Source of the DNA: Bacillota bacterium
GTDB taxonomy: Bacteria; Bacillota; Dehalobacteriia; UBA4068; UBA4997
Reading direction: 5' to 3'
Assembly: GCA_036677375.1 (NCBI GenBank)
Contig: JAVBWO010000012.1
Span: 173,374-237,373, forward strand
DNA length: 64,000 bases
The notes beneath the pieces are model-generated. The model was not told the origin of the DNA. It saw only the letters and a program-made list of their open reading frames with translations, and ran no database searches. Within the stretch, counting starts at the first letter, position 1, and every line of letters begins with the position of its first letter. The translations under genes were made by a program, and so were the position numbers. Positions 19,109-29,291 of the stretch are shown here, piece by piece.

Positions 19109-20250
19109 TCAAAATCGAAAAAAGGCGTACGCCGGCTTTATCTACCAGCATTTTGGTCGGCGTTTTAGCAGTGATCCTGGCTCTGCTCATCAGCGGCATC
19201 GTATTAAAGGTCATGGGCTATGACCCCGTTAAAGTTTTCGGAGAATCTTTCAGCAAGACTTTCTTCACATTAAACGGTGTTTTAGAAAACCTTGTTATGC
19301 TGGTTCCCCTTTCCCTTTGCGCTTTATCCGTGGTGGTAGCGGCCAAAGCGGGCCTCTGGAATATCGGGGTTGAGGGACAGTTTTACGCCGGCGCCATCGC
19401 TGCAACCGGCGTGGCCATGCTGATGCCCAACGCCCCCGGCATCGTGGTGATCCCGGTAATGATCATTGCCGGTGCCCTGGTGGCCGGTCTTTTATGCTAT
19501 ATCTCTGTTCTGCCCAAGATCTATTTTAATATCAGCGAGATCCTGACCACCATTCTTTTAAACAGCGTTGTGGTTTTATTCGTACGATGGCTGGTCTACG
19601 GCCCCTGGAAAGATCCCTCCACTATGGCGGCGCAAACCATTCCCATCGCGGATGCGGCAAAGCTGCCCATTCTGGTACAAGGTTCCAGGCTGCATCTCGG
19701 AGTAGTGATCGCCATTGCGGTCATTGTGACCTGCCATTTCTATCTCAAAAATACCGTTTCCGGTTTTGAGCTGAGAATGGTGGGGGAAAACGCCAAAGGC
19801 TCCCGGTACAACGGCGTCAATATTAAAAAATATTTCTTTATTGCCATGCTGCTTTCCGGCGTTTTATCCGGGATGGCCGGTTCCTTGGAGATCTCCGGGG
19901 TGGTACACCGCCTCCAGCCCACCATCGCAGGGGACTATGGTTTTTCCGCTTTTGCCGTTGCCTGGGTAGCGCGACTGAATGTCTATGCCATCGCCATCAT
20001 CAGCTACCTGTTCTCAGGGCTTTTAGTGGCTGGGTATAAAATGCAGATGATGTCTCTGCCCTACTCTATCACTGGTATGATGAAGGGCCTTATCCTCATC
20101 TTGGTTCTGGGCGGCGAATTCTTGGCTTATTACAAGATCACCTTTGTTAAAAAAGCCCGGACACTTTTACAAACCCAGGAAAATGAAAGCAAGCTTCCGG
20201 TTGCGGAAGCATTAGAACATGCGAAAATATTAGAAGATAAGGAAGCTTAA
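19105..20250 (+). CDS. ABC transporter permease
   Basis: 381 aa polytopic. Start overlaps ATPase stop. Confidence 0.8.
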   Translation: MIKIEKRRTPALSTSILVGVLAVILALLISGIVLKVMGYDPVKVFGESFSKTFFTLNGVLENLVMLVPLSLCALSVVVAAKAGLWNIGVEGQFYAGAIAATGVAMLMPNAPGIVVIPVMIIAGALVAGLLCYISVLPKIYFNISEILTTILLNSVVVLFVRWLVYGPWKDPSTMAAQTIPIADAAKLPILVQGSRLHLGVVIAIAVIVTCHFYLKNTVSGFELRMVGENAKGSRYNGVNIKKYFFIAMLLSGVLSGMAGSLEISGVVHRLQPTIAGDYGFSAFAVAWVARLNVYAIAIISYLFSGLLVAGYKMQMMSLPYSITGMMKGLILILVLGGEFLAYYKITFVKKARTLLQTQENESKLPVAEALEHAKILEDKEA

Positions 20251-20276
20251 ATAAGCGGAAAGAAAGGAGGAAAATC

Positions 20277-21212
20277 ATGGATCTTGATCTCAGAACCATT
20301 TGTTGGATCATAGGTATGGGAATCACCGCCGGCACTCCCCTGCTTTACGCAGCCGTAGGCGAAGTTTTAGCGGAGAGATGCGGCGTTTTGAATTTGGGAT
20401 TGGAAGGCTTAATGTTAATGGGCGCCATTACAGGTTTTATCGTGGCGCAAAAAACATCAAACCTTATATTAGCGCTTGTAACGGTGATTATCGTTTCCGC
20501 TTTTTTAGGCTTGATCCTGGCGGTTTTAATGATTACCGTCAGAGCCAATCAGGTGGCGACAGGCGTAGCCTTTACCATCTTTTGCACCGGTTTCAGCGCC
20601 TTAATCGGCAAAGCCTATGTAGGAACCCTGGCGAAGGTTTCCTTCAAAAAACTGGAAATGGGATTTTTAAGCGGATCGGAGCCATTGCGTCTTATTTTTA
20701 GTCAGGACGCTTTGGTTTACGCAGGCTTCATCATTTGTATCTTGGCCGGTCTTTTTGTTTATAAAACCAGGCCCGGTCTGCACCTGCGGGCGGCTGGCGA
20801 CAACCCCGCCACCTTGGACAGCTTAGGCGTCAATGTCATCCGGGTTCGTTACCTCTACTTGATTGTAGGCAGTATTTTGGCCGGTATCGGCGGCGCTTAC
20901 CTTTCTCTCGCTTATAGCCCCGGCTGGATCGAAAACATGGCGGCAGGACGCGGCTGGCTCACCATCGCTTTGGTCAACTTTGCGCTCTGGAAACCGCAGA
21001 ATTCCATCGGAGGCGCCTACCTTTTCGGGATCTTCTATGCTTTGAGTTATCGCCTGGAAGCCATGGGGGTAAATGTTCCTTCCTATTTTCTAAGAATGAT
21101 CCCTTATCTCTTGCCTTTGCTGATTTTAATCTTAGTCAACCTACGTAACCGCAGCAAGACCAGCGTTGCACCGAAAACTTTAGCCGTACCTTATGTCAGG
21201 GAGGCTAAATAA
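20277..21212 (+). CDS. ABC transporter permease
   Basis: 311 aa polytopic. AGGAGG RBS. Confidence 0.8.
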   Translation: MDLDLRTICWIIGMGITAGTPLLYAAVGEVLAERCGVLNLGLEGLMLMGAITGFIVAQKTSNLILALVTVIIVSAFLGLILAVLMITVRANQVATGVAFTIFCTGFSALIGKAYVGTLAKVSFKKLEMGFLSGSEPLRLIFSQDALVYAGFIICILAGLFVYKTRPGLHLRAAGDNPATLDSLGVNVIRVRYLYLIVGSILAGIGGAYLSLAYSPGWIENMAAGRGWLTIALVNFALWKPQNSIGGAYLFGIFYALSYRLEAMGVNVPSYFLRMIPYLLPLLILILVNLRNRSKTSVAPKTLAVPYVREAK

Positions 21213-21280
21213 AGATAAAATAAAATTTAATGACAAAGGAAGAAGGCAGAAAACAAAAAGGAGAAAGAGGAGGTAGATTT

Positions 21281-22408
21281 ATGAAAAAAGGTTTATTGAT
21301 CTTGCTCATGGTTCTATTGGCAGTCGGTCTTTTGGCAGGTTGCGGCAGTACGGACACCACTTCTGGTGATACCACAGGTGATGACGCTGGCAACGCACCG
21401 GCCGAAAAAATGAAAGTTGCATTTGTTTACAATGCCGTCATCGGTGACTATGGCTGGGCTTACGGCCATGAAAAAGCCCGTGAGGAAACCCAGGCCGCTT
21501 TAGATTTTGTAGAAACCAGCTGTCTGGAAAATGTGACACCCGGAGCCAATGCCGAACGGGTTATGGCCGACCTGGCCGCAGAAGGCTATGACGTCATCAT
21601 CGCTGTCAGCGGCGACTATGAAGCCGATGTCAGAAAAGTGGCTCCCAATTATCCCGACACCGATTTCCTTCTCTGCTGCGGTGCTTATTCCGCAGCCAAT
21701 GTAGAATCCTTCTATCCCAAAGCCACTCAGATCTGGTGGGTATTAGGTAAAGTAGCAGCCCAATTAACGAAGACCAATACCATCGGTATGGTCGGAGCCG
21801 TTACCGCTCCCATCGACCTTCAAATTCAAAATGCCTTCCTGTTAGGCGCGCAAAGTGTGAATCCCGACATCGTAGAACGGATCATCTACATTAACACTTA
21901 TTACGATCCTGCAGCCGAGCGGGACGCCGCTTTGAGCCTCATTGACGCCGGAGTCGACGTCATCACACAGGCAACCAATACCCCGGCTCACGTTCAGGCA
22001 GCTGTGGAAAAAGGCGTTTATGCCATGAGCCAGTTTGAAGACATGAGCCAATTTGGCCCGGACAATTATATTTCCGGTGACAAATTCGTCTGGTCGGCTT
22101 ACTACATTCCCACCCTGCAAGCCATCAAAGACGGGAATTGGGTACCTTCCACAACCATCAATGAACCGGACATCACTTCCGGCGTCTGCGACTTCGTCGA
22201 CTTCGGGCCTATGGTGACCGATGAGATGAAAACCAAGGTACAAGAAGCCGTCGAACAAGTCAAAGCAGATCCCAAGATCATGTGGAAAGGCCCCATCTAT
22301 GACAATCAGGGTAACCTGGTCGTCGCGGAGGGGGAATATCTGACCGACGAGCAATTATTGGCTATGAACTGGTGGGTAAAAGGAACCATTACCTCAGGCG
22401 GCCAATAA
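21281..22408 (+). CDS. BMP-family (PnrA/Med-like) ABC substrate-binding lipoprotein, probable nucleoside-binding
   Basis: Start re-picked at MKKGLL (GAGGAGG RBS). Lipobox LLAGCGS. BMP-family sequence pattern. Confidence 0.75.
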   Translation: MKKGLLILLMVLLAVGLLAGCGSTDTTSGDTTGDDAGNAPAEKMKVAFVYNAVIGDYGWAYGHEKAREETQAALDFVETSCLENVTPGANAERVMADLAAEGYDVIIAVSGDYEADVRKVAPNYPDTDFLLCCGAYSAANVESFYPKATQIWWVLGKVAAQLTKTNTIGMVGAVTAPIDLQIQNAFLLGAQSVNPDIVERIIYINTYYDPAAERDAALSLIDAGVDVITQATNTPAHVQAAVEKGVYAMSQFEDMSQFGPDNYISGDKFVWSAYYIPTLQAIKDGNWVPSTTINEPDITSGVCDFVDFGPMVTDEMKTKVQEAVEQVKADPKIMWKGPIYDNQGNLVVAEGEYLTDEQLLAMNWWVKGTITSGGQ

Positions 22409-22446
22409 ACCATTATCCACTAACCGATTCACATAGGAGATGCAAA

Positions 22447-22483
22447 CCGGGACGGGTGTTGAACACCTCCCCACCCGTCCCGG
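22447..22483 (+). other. GC-rich 12 bp perfect stem-loop (CCGGGACGGGTG...CACCCGTCCCGG) between SBP and TudS-like gene, no U-tract
   Basis: Seen directly in sequence. Could be an RNA processing/stability element or a weak terminator. Confidence 0.5.
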
Positions 22484-22511
22484 GGCATCAAAAGAAAGAG
22501 ACGGTGAGAAA

Positions 22512-23123
22512 ATGTTCCAAGACGCCAGAAGTACCAAAATAGCCATCCTGGCCAACTGCCTTTTGGATCAAAACGCCAAAGTAGCCAATCTGGCACGTTA
22601 CCCTGCCTTTGTTCCAGGACTTTTGGAACTTTTGGGCAAATATCAATTCGGTATCCAGCAAATGCCCTGCCCGGAGACCTATACCTTAGGACTTAGGCGT
22701 TTCTGGCAGGTGAAACCACAGTACGAGGCCAGAGGCACCAGGCGAAGCTACGAATTTTTAGCGGAATTTGTGTTAGACACTGTAGAAGATTATATCAGAA
22801 ACGGTTTTACCGTCATTCTTATTGGTGTTGACGGCAGTCCTTCCTGCGGTATCAATATTACAGACAGCGACCGATTCAATATCTGGCTGGGAGCGCCGGC
22901 CTTAGAAAAACAAGATCTGGAAGATGAAGCCATGTTCGTGCCGGGGCGGGGTGTCTTTATAGAAGCTCTTGACGCAAAGACCGCCGCAAGAGGGCTTGCT
23001 CCGATCCCCCGCTTTGGGCTGGCTTTGGACATACAAGGCGAAAAACCTGATTTTCAGGGCCTGGAAATTTTTTTACAGCAATTCAATCAAATTGAAGATG
23101 TGCAGAGTAATCTGTTCAAATAA
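22512..23123 (+). CDS. DUF523 (TudS-like) Cys-rich putative [4Fe-4S] protein, paralog of 9391..9960
   Basis: ILANCLLDQ...MPCPETY...GVDGSPSCG pattern. ORF track start 22440 lies inside the hairpin, so start re-picked at MFQDAR. Confidence 0.5.
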   Translation: MFQDARSTKIAILANCLLDQNAKVANLARYPAFVPGLLELLGKYQFGIQQMPCPETYTLGLRRFWQVKPQYEARGTRRSYEFLAEFVLDTVEDYIRNGFTVILIGVDGSPSCGINITDSDRFNIWLGAPALEKQDLEDEAMFVPGRGVFIEALDAKTAARGLAPIPRFGLALDIQGEKPDFQGLEIFLQQFNQIEDVQSNLFK

Positions 23124-23163
23124 CCCAAATAAAAAGCACATAAAACACAAGGAGGAATCACAG

Positions 23164-23889
23164 ATGGGTTTCTATGAAGAAAGACTGATCCCAATCATTG
23201 ACAGGACAGTGGACGAAATGATCAAGACGGAACATATGCAGAATATCCTGCACGGCACCATGCCGAAGGAAAAGTTCCGGTTCCAGATCAAACAGAATTT
23301 TAACTATTTGAAAGAGTTTTGCCGCAGTTGGGCAGTAGGCTTAGCCAAGTGCAGCGACATCGACGAAATGAACCTTTGGTATACCTTATTAAAAGGAACC
23401 TTTGAAAGCGAGCTGGGTGAAACCATCCGTTTCTGGGGCAAAGAAGTCGGCCTTGAACTGGATGAAATCGAAAATACCACAATGGCAGAGACGAAACGTT
23501 CTTATACCTCCCATGAAATGGCCCGGGCTTTTGAAGGCGACCATGCCACCCAAGTTATGGCCCTCTTTCCCTGCACCATTTTATACTGGCATTTGGGATT
23601 GAAACTCTTTCCCCAATGCACCTTGCCCGAAGGCAATATCTACCGCTATTGGCTGGAGTTCTATATCCTGGAATGGTATACCGGACACAGCAAACGGGCC
23701 ATTCGTTTAGTCAATAAGCTTACCGAACATAAAACTCCCAGACAATTGACTCAACTGGAAGAAATCTTCGCTATCGGCTGCAATTATGAATACATGCAAT
23801 GGACCAATATGTATAACAATATGGAAACCTGGCCCATCCCAGACATCATCCCCCCCAAGTTCACCACGGTAGAGAAATTCACAGTCTAG
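23164..23889 (+). CDS. TenA_C family (thiaminase II / aminopyrimidine aminohydrolase-like) protein
   Basis: Start re-picked at MGFYEE (AAGGAGG RBS) rather than 22969. LHGTMPKEKFRFQIKQNFNYL and active-site-like FPCTILYWHLG motifs. Confidence 0.7.
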   Translation: MGFYEERLIPIIDRTVDEMIKTEHMQNILHGTMPKEKFRFQIKQNFNYLKEFCRSWAVGLAKCSDIDEMNLWYTLLKGTFESELGETIRFWGKEVGLELDEIENTTMAETKRSYTSHEMARAFEGDHATQVMALFPCTILYWHLGLKLFPQCTLPEGNIYRYWLEFYILEWYTGHSKRAIRLVNKLTEHKTPRQLTQLEEIFAIGCNYEYMQWTNMYNNMETWPIPDIIPPKFTTVEKFTV

Positions 23890-23975
23890 CCAAGGATGGT
23901 CTGCAACGGACAAAAGAACAAGAAAATCAAGGGATATATATAATTTATATATTTTAAGGAAGGAATGATACAATA

Positions 23976-24701
23976 ATGGGTTTCTACGAAGAAAGATTAT
24001 TGCCCATGATCACCAAAACGGTGGACGCCGAAATGGAGCTGCCTTATTTTAAAGAAATGCTGGCAGGAACGCTGCCCATAGAAAACTTCAAGTTTCAATG
24101 CCGTCAGAATTTCAATTATCTAATTGAGTACGGAAAAGCCTGGGCCATCGGCTTTTCCAAATGCAACGCTTACGATGAAATGAACATCTGGTTTGAGATC
24201 CTGAAAGAAACCATTGAACACGAGATCCCCTTCTATCAAGAGCATTGGCAAAAAGTGCTGGGGGTTTCCTTTGAAGAGATGGAAACCACCATCATGGCCA
24301 ATGTGAAACGCTCCTACACCTCTCACGAGCTGGCACGGAGCTGGGAGGGCGATTTGGCTGAGCAAGTCACCGCCTTGCTGCCCTGCGACTTTGTTTACTG
24401 GCATATGGGCACCAGGCTCACCAATATGTGTACTTTACCCGAAGGGCATATCTACCGTGACTGGATGACCTTTTATACGCAAGGCTGGTTTATTGAAGTT
24501 TGCGAAAAGCTTATCCGCTTGATCGACAAGCTCACCGCTAATAAAACTCCCAGAGAACTGGCAAAAATCGAAGAAATTTTTGCCGTAGGCTGTAACTATG
24601 AGTATCTGAGCTGGCGTGATATGTATTATAAGATGGAGACCTGGCCTTTGGAAGAAATTTTCCCCGTTAAATTCAACAAAGTAGAAAAATTCTCGATTTA
24701 A
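23976..24701 (+). CDS. TenA_C family protein, tandem paralog
   Basis: Collinear with the preceding gene along its full length. Carries LPCDFVYWHMG motif. Confidence 0.7.
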   Translation: MGFYEERLLPMITKTVDAEMELPYFKEMLAGTLPIENFKFQCRQNFNYLIEYGKAWAIGFSKCNAYDEMNIWFEILKETIEHEIPFYQEHWQKVLGVSFEEMETTIMANVKRSYTSHELARSWEGDLAEQVTALLPCDFVYWHMGTRLTNMCTLPEGHIYRDWMTFYTQGWFIEVCEKLIRLIDKLTANKTPRELAKIEEIFAVGCNYEYLSWRDMYYKMETWPLEEIFPVKFNKVEKFSI

Positions 24702-24805
24702 CTTCAAAACCCGATCTATTGCCGTAATCATTCCTGGGATTGCTTATAGGAAATTGTAAAATGCACCGAAAGGAACATACAAAATAAAGCGAACAGAAAG
24801 GATGA

Positions 24806-25837
24806 ATGATGATGAAAGCAGCCAGAATTTATGCGCCCGGCAAACCTTTGCAGATCGACGAAGTAGCAAAACCCCAATTGACTCCGGGCTATGCCTTGAT
24901 TAAAGTAAAAGCCGCCGGCGTCTGCGGCAGTGAATTGGATTTTGTGGAAGGGATCTTCCCCTTCACTCCCCCCTTCACCCTGGGCCATGAGATCGCCGGT
25001 GTGATAGACGAGATTGATCCAGGCTGCCAAACCTCCCTTAAGGTAGGAGACCGGATAGCTGTTTATAACTACATCAACTGCGGCGTCTGCAAATATTGCC
25101 GCAACGATCAGGAAAACATGTGCCCCAATAAAATTGGTCAATTAGGGTTTACCATTGACGGCGGCTTTGCCGAATACGTAGCGGTTCCTCTTTATAATTT
25201 AGTTCCCATTCCGGAAAATGTCAGCTTTGAAGAAGCCGCTATTCTGGCCTGCAGCGGTATGACCGCCATGCATGCTACCCGGCGCGCCGGCACCAAAATG
25301 GGCGATTATGTTGCGGTAAACGGCGTGGGCGGCGTGGGTCTTATGTGCATTCAGGTAGCCAAGATCACCGGCGCTAAGGTTATCGCCATTGCCGATAATG
25401 AAATGCGGGCAGACCTCGCCAAACAAGTGGGCGCCGATTACGCCATCGTCGAGACCGATTACAGCAAGGTTCCCGACAAGATCAAAGCCCTCACCGAAAA
25501 TGAGGGCGTACAGGTATGGTATGACCTGGTAGGCACTAGCGAGGCTTATTATGCCGGCATCCAGAGCCAATGTCTTGGCGGCAAAGTAGTTATTATCGGC
25601 TATCAAAAAGACCATAACATCAACTTCTACCCCGTGGAAATGATGGTAAAGGAAGGCCAGATCATCAGTTCCGTTGCCGGCTGCAAAAAAGATGTGCAAC
25701 TGGCGCTGGATTACACCTCCCAGGGCAAGATCAGCGTAGTAGTAGGCCAGCGTTTCAAACTGGAAGAAGTGAACGACGCCATTCAATTGCTCATCGAGCG
25801 GAAAGCCAAAGGCCGCAGCGTTCTGGTTTTTGAGTAA
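24806..25837 (+). CDS. Zinc-dependent alcohol dehydrogenase (MDR family)
   Basis: GHEIAGVI catalytic Zn motif, structural Zn CGVCKYCRNDQENMC, GVGGVG NAD-binding motif. Confidence 0.85.
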   Translation: MMMKAARIYAPGKPLQIDEVAKPQLTPGYALIKVKAAGVCGSELDFVEGIFPFTPPFTLGHEIAGVIDEIDPGCQTSLKVGDRIAVYNYINCGVCKYCRNDQENMCPNKIGQLGFTIDGGFAEYVAVPLYNLVPIPENVSFEEAAILACSGMTAMHATRRAGTKMGDYVAVNGVGGVGLMCIQVAKITGAKVIAIADNEMRADLAKQVGADYAIVETDYSKVPDKIKALTENEGVQVWYDLVGTSEAYYAGIQSQCLGGKVVIIGYQKDHNINFYPVEMMVKEGQIISSVAGCKKDVQLALDYTSQGKISVVVGQRFKLEEVNDAIQLLIERKAKGRSVLVFE

Positions 25838-25908
25838 TATCATCAAAACCTGCCGGGGAACCGGCTTCTCAAAACGGAGCCGGTTCTCCGTTATAAGCAG
25901 TTAAGGCG

Positions 25909-26181
25909 GTGAAGCCATTGAAAAAAATTACCGTACATGTTCCCGGCCGGCCTGACCTGAAAAATAAAGAATTCCTGCTAGAGAAGGATGACCTGACGGT
26001 GGAACAATTCTTGCTGCAATTTCTCGGCAAGACCCCGGAGGAGTTGGACAGGATTTTTATTTCAGGAAACGGCTTGGTAGACTATATCATTTTTATTAAC
26101 GGAACCATCTGCCGCGACCGCAACTATGTCCTGGAAGATCAGGACAGTATGCTAATCAGCGTCATGATGGGCGGCGGCTAA
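25909..26181 (+). CDS. MoaD/ThiS-family small sulfur-carrier-like protein (C-terminal GG)
   Basis: 90 aa beta-grasp-like protein ending ...MMGGG, immediately upstream of AOR. GTG start. Confidence 0.6.
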   Translation: MKPLKKITVHVPGRPDLKNKEFLLEKDDLTVEQFLLQFLGKTPEELDRIFISGNGLVDYIIFINGTICRDRNYVLEDQDSMLISVMMGGG

Positions 26182-26337
26182 AAGCAGTGGCAGATAGGCT
26201 TTATTCCGGTTTGCGTGTTTAATCGGCAATATCGCCCGCGGTTTTAGTTGATTTATAAAACTTACAAGTCAATTTACAATGGAGTTAAACGGTTTGTTAA
26301 GACAAAAAAGCAAAGACACAAGTTAGGGGGTCTTTAA

Positions 26338-28176
26338 ATGGGGTTCAAGTTTGTTCTGCTGGATATCAATCTGTCAACCGAAGAGATCGCCACCCGTGAA
26401 CTCCCCTTCCACCTCATCAAAGAATATATCGGAGGCAGGGGCCTTGGTGGCAAACTTCTCTTGGATCTGGTGCCGCCCGGCGCCGATCCCTTGGGGGAAG
26501 AGAATGTGATGATCTGGTTGAACGGCATTTTATCCGGCACCTTGATACCCGGCAGCTCCAAGCATGCCGTTATCACAAAGTCACCTGTATCAGGCGCGTA
26601 TTGCGACAGCTACTCCTCCGGCGGGGTCGGTTTCAATATGGTATATTCCGGCTATCATGGCATGATCCTGCGGGGAAAATCGAAAAAACCGTCATATATA
26701 TATATTAAAGACGAAACGGTGGAGATCCGGGACGCTGCCCATCTATGGGGTATGTATTCCTTTGCCGCTTCCGAGAAACTCCTGGCCGAGCTGGGCGGCG
26801 AAGGCTGGGGTCACGCTATGATCGGCCCTGCCGGGGAAAACATGGTCTGCTATGCCGGTATCAACAACGACTATTTCCGCCAGGCCGCCAGAGGCGGCGT
26901 CGGCGCCGTCATGGGGTCGAAGAATATTAAGGCGGTTGTGGCAAAAGGTTCCGGCGGCGTCCCCTGTCTGGATGTGGCAGGCTTCATGAAGCTGCACCAG
27001 GATCGGCTGGCAGCCGCCAAGGTCAATCCAGCGGCGGAGCATCATAAAGCAGCCGGTACCAGCGTTACCTTAGACGTCACGGCGGTGGCTGGTATGCTGC
27101 CCACCAGGAATTTTCAAACCGGCGTCTGCCCGGATTCTTTAGGCGAGCTGGATTCCGAAGGCTATAAGAAAAAAGCCACCGCTTCGGTGGCCTGCCTAGC
27201 CTGCCCCGTTCCTTGCGGCAAGATCCTAAAGTGCCGCCAGATCGACGGCCAGGAATTCCGCATTGAAGGGCCGGAATATGAAACCGCTTGTCTTTTAGGC
27301 ACCAATCTTGGTATCGTTGACTTGAATTTTGTTTCGGAAGCCAATATGCTCTGCGACAATCTGGGCATGGATACCATTTCCGCCGGTAATATTATCGGCT
27401 TTATCATGGAACTGACCCAGCGGGGTCTAATCCCGGCAGAATTCAAAGACCAGGCCATTGCCTTCGGTGATCAAGCAGGCGCTCTCAAAGTCATGGAAGA
27501 TTTGGCCTACAGCAGAGGCATCGGCGCTTTAGCCAAAGGCGGCGTCCGCGCTTTGGCCCGGGCCATCGGACATGATTCCGAAGATTTCGCCATGCAGAGC
27601 AAAGGACTGGAATTTCCAGCCTACGATCCGCGCCGGGGCTTCGGCACCGCGCTTTCCTATGCCGTCACCCCCCGGGGAGCCTGCCACCGCCGGGCCTGGC
27701 CGCCGGGACGTGAGGTGCTGGGCGGCTTCCCGCCCTATGAATTCAAAGAGAAGGGGCAGCTCATCAAGGACCAGTTTGATGAGCGGAATATCCTGCACTC
27801 TTTGATTGCCTGCGATTTCAACTTCTTCGCGGTACCCGTATCCGTTGACCAGTATATGGAATATACCCGGCTGGTGACCGGCATCGATTTCAGTCAGGAA
27901 GAACTGGATATGGCGGTAGACCGTATCGAAAGCACCATCCGTTATTTTAATTCTCTTCAAGGCCTTACCAGGAAGGATGATACCATGCCTAAGCGCGTTC
28001 TGGAGGAACCCATGCCGGAAGGTCCTGCGCAAGGCAAAATGGTGACCAAAGAGGGCTTTGAAGATATGTTGGATCAATATTACGCATTACGAGGCTGGGA
28101 TTCCGACGGCACACCCACCCCAAAAACTTTAGACAAATATGGTATCCGGTCTGGAGGTGGCAAAATATGCGGTTAA
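26338..28176 (+). CDS. Aldehyde:ferredoxin oxidoreductase (tungsten/molybdopterin AOR family)
   Basis: 612 aa with AOR N-terminal and catalytic domain pattern, including the typical ...KSPVSGAY... region. Confidence 0.85.
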   Translation: MGFKFVLLDINLSTEEIATRELPFHLIKEYIGGRGLGGKLLLDLVPPGADPLGEENVMIWLNGILSGTLIPGSSKHAVITKSPVSGAYCDSYSSGGVGFNMVYSGYHGMILRGKSKKPSYIYIKDETVEIRDAAHLWGMYSFAASEKLLAELGGEGWGHAMIGPAGENMVCYAGINNDYFRQAARGGVGAVMGSKNIKAVVAKGSGGVPCLDVAGFMKLHQDRLAAAKVNPAAEHHKAAGTSVTLDVTAVAGMLPTRNFQTGVCPDSLGELDSEGYKKKATASVACLACPVPCGKILKCRQIDGQEFRIEGPEYETACLLGTNLGIVDLNFVSEANMLCDNLGMDTISAGNIIGFIMELTQRGLIPAEFKDQAIAFGDQAGALKVMEDLAYSRGIGALAKGGVRALARAIGHDSEDFAMQSKGLEFPAYDPRRGFGTALSYAVTPRGACHRRAWPPGREVLGGFPPYEFKEKGQLIKDQFDERNILHSLIACDFNFFAVPVSVDQYMEYTRLVTGIDFSQEELDMAVDRIESTIRYFNSLQGLTRKDDTMPKRVLEEPMPEGPAQGKMVTKEGFEDMLDQYYALRGWDSDGTPTPKTLDKYGIRSGGGKICG

Positions 28177-28568
28177 AATTTATTGCTAAAAACTGTGTCG
28201 GCTGCGAAGACTGCACCTTGGTTTGCTCTCTGGTTCATGAAGGCGTTACCGGCCTGGCTCTGGGCAGGATCAAGATCACAAGGAACTATCCGTCATTAGA
28301 AGACCCCCTGATCAAGGGCTATTTTTGCCGACAATGCAAAAAAGCAAAATGTGTGGAAGCTTGTCCCGTTCAAGCTCTCACCCAGGGAGAAGACCTGGTA
28401 AACTTTGATCAGGAGCTTTGCACCGGCTGCGGCGCCTGCGTTGAGGCCTGTCCCTTTCACAGCATATGGATGAACCAAAAAACCGGCTTACCATTTAAGT
28501 GCGATACCTGTCAGGGAGATCCCAGTTGCGTCAAGATTTGTCCTCATGAAGCGTTAAAATGGGAGTAA
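28167..28568 (+). CDS. 4Fe-4S dicluster ferredoxin (AOR-associated)
   Basis: Several CxxCxxCxxxCP motifs. Overlaps AOR stop. Confidence 0.85.
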   Translation: MRLKFIAKNCVGCEDCTLVCSLVHEGVTGLALGRIKITRNYPSLEDPLIKGYFCRQCKKAKCVEACPVQALTQGEDLVNFDQELCTGCGACVEACPFHSIWMNQKTGLPFKCDTCQGDPSCVKICPHEALKWE

Positions 28569-28781
28569 TGGATCAAGCCGGAAAAACAGCCTGTCATCAG
28601 TAGCATGCCTTGTCTTTTCCTTTGGTGCCCGGGAAGACGAACCAAAAGACCGGCTTGCCTTTTAAGTGCGATACCTGTCAGGGAGATCCCAGTTGCGTCA
28701 AGATTTGTCCTCATGAAGCGTTAAAATGGGAGTAATGGATCAAAATCGGGAAAGCAGCCTGTCATTAACAGCATGTCTTGG
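28472..28781 (+). repeat. Two tandem copies of a ~155 bp unit covering the last ~30 codons of the ferredoxin gene plus downstream intergenic sequence
   Basis: Copy 2 begins ~28627. ~95% identity between copies by eye. Copy 2 includes ...KCDTCQGDPSCVKICPHEALKWE* without a start codon. Confidence 0.85.
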
Positions 28782-28854
28782 TCTTTCCCATTGGCGACGG
28801 GGATAAAAAGCAAACTAAAGTTAAAGTATCAGACCAATATTGGAGGGAGTAAAA

Positions 28855-29291
28855 TGACAAGAAGACCTAGGATCATCTTGGCGAAGCCCGGCTTAGACGG
28901 TCATGACAAAGGAGCGCGTCTGGTCGCTATGGCCATGCGCGACGCGGGTATCGATGTGATCTATCTCGGTCTGCGCCAATCCGTGGATGCCATAGTCAAA
29001 GCGGCCGCCGAAAAAGAAGCGGACTTCATCGGTTTAAGCATTTTATCCGGCGTTCACTTGAATGTGGCGGATAAATTATTGAAAAAAGTGGCGAAAGCAG
29101 GGCTTAATTGCCCTGTCGTTATCGGCGGTATCATTCCGCCCCAGGATGAGGTTAAATTAAAAGAGATGGGCATTGCACAGGTGTTCCCCGTCGGCACCAG
29201 CTTTGCCGCAACGGTGGATTGGATCAAGCAGAATTTTGCAGAAACGGCTAAAGGGAGGGCGCTAACATGGCAGATGGAAAAAACTGTGTAA
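28855..29291 (+). CDS. Cobalamin-binding subunit of an acyl-CoA (methylmalonyl-CoA mutase-family) mutase
   Basis: Start re-picked at MTRRPRIIL (GGAGGGAG RBS). B12-binding DxHxxG motif GLDGHDKGA. Rossmann-like domain. Confidence 0.8.

Noticed and set aside
22969-23163. Upstream 65-codon extension of the first TenA-like ORF (track start 22969)
   Set aside because: A strong AAGGAGG RBS precedes the internal ATG at 23164. The extension overlaps the preceding gene and has no homology to the tandem paralog.
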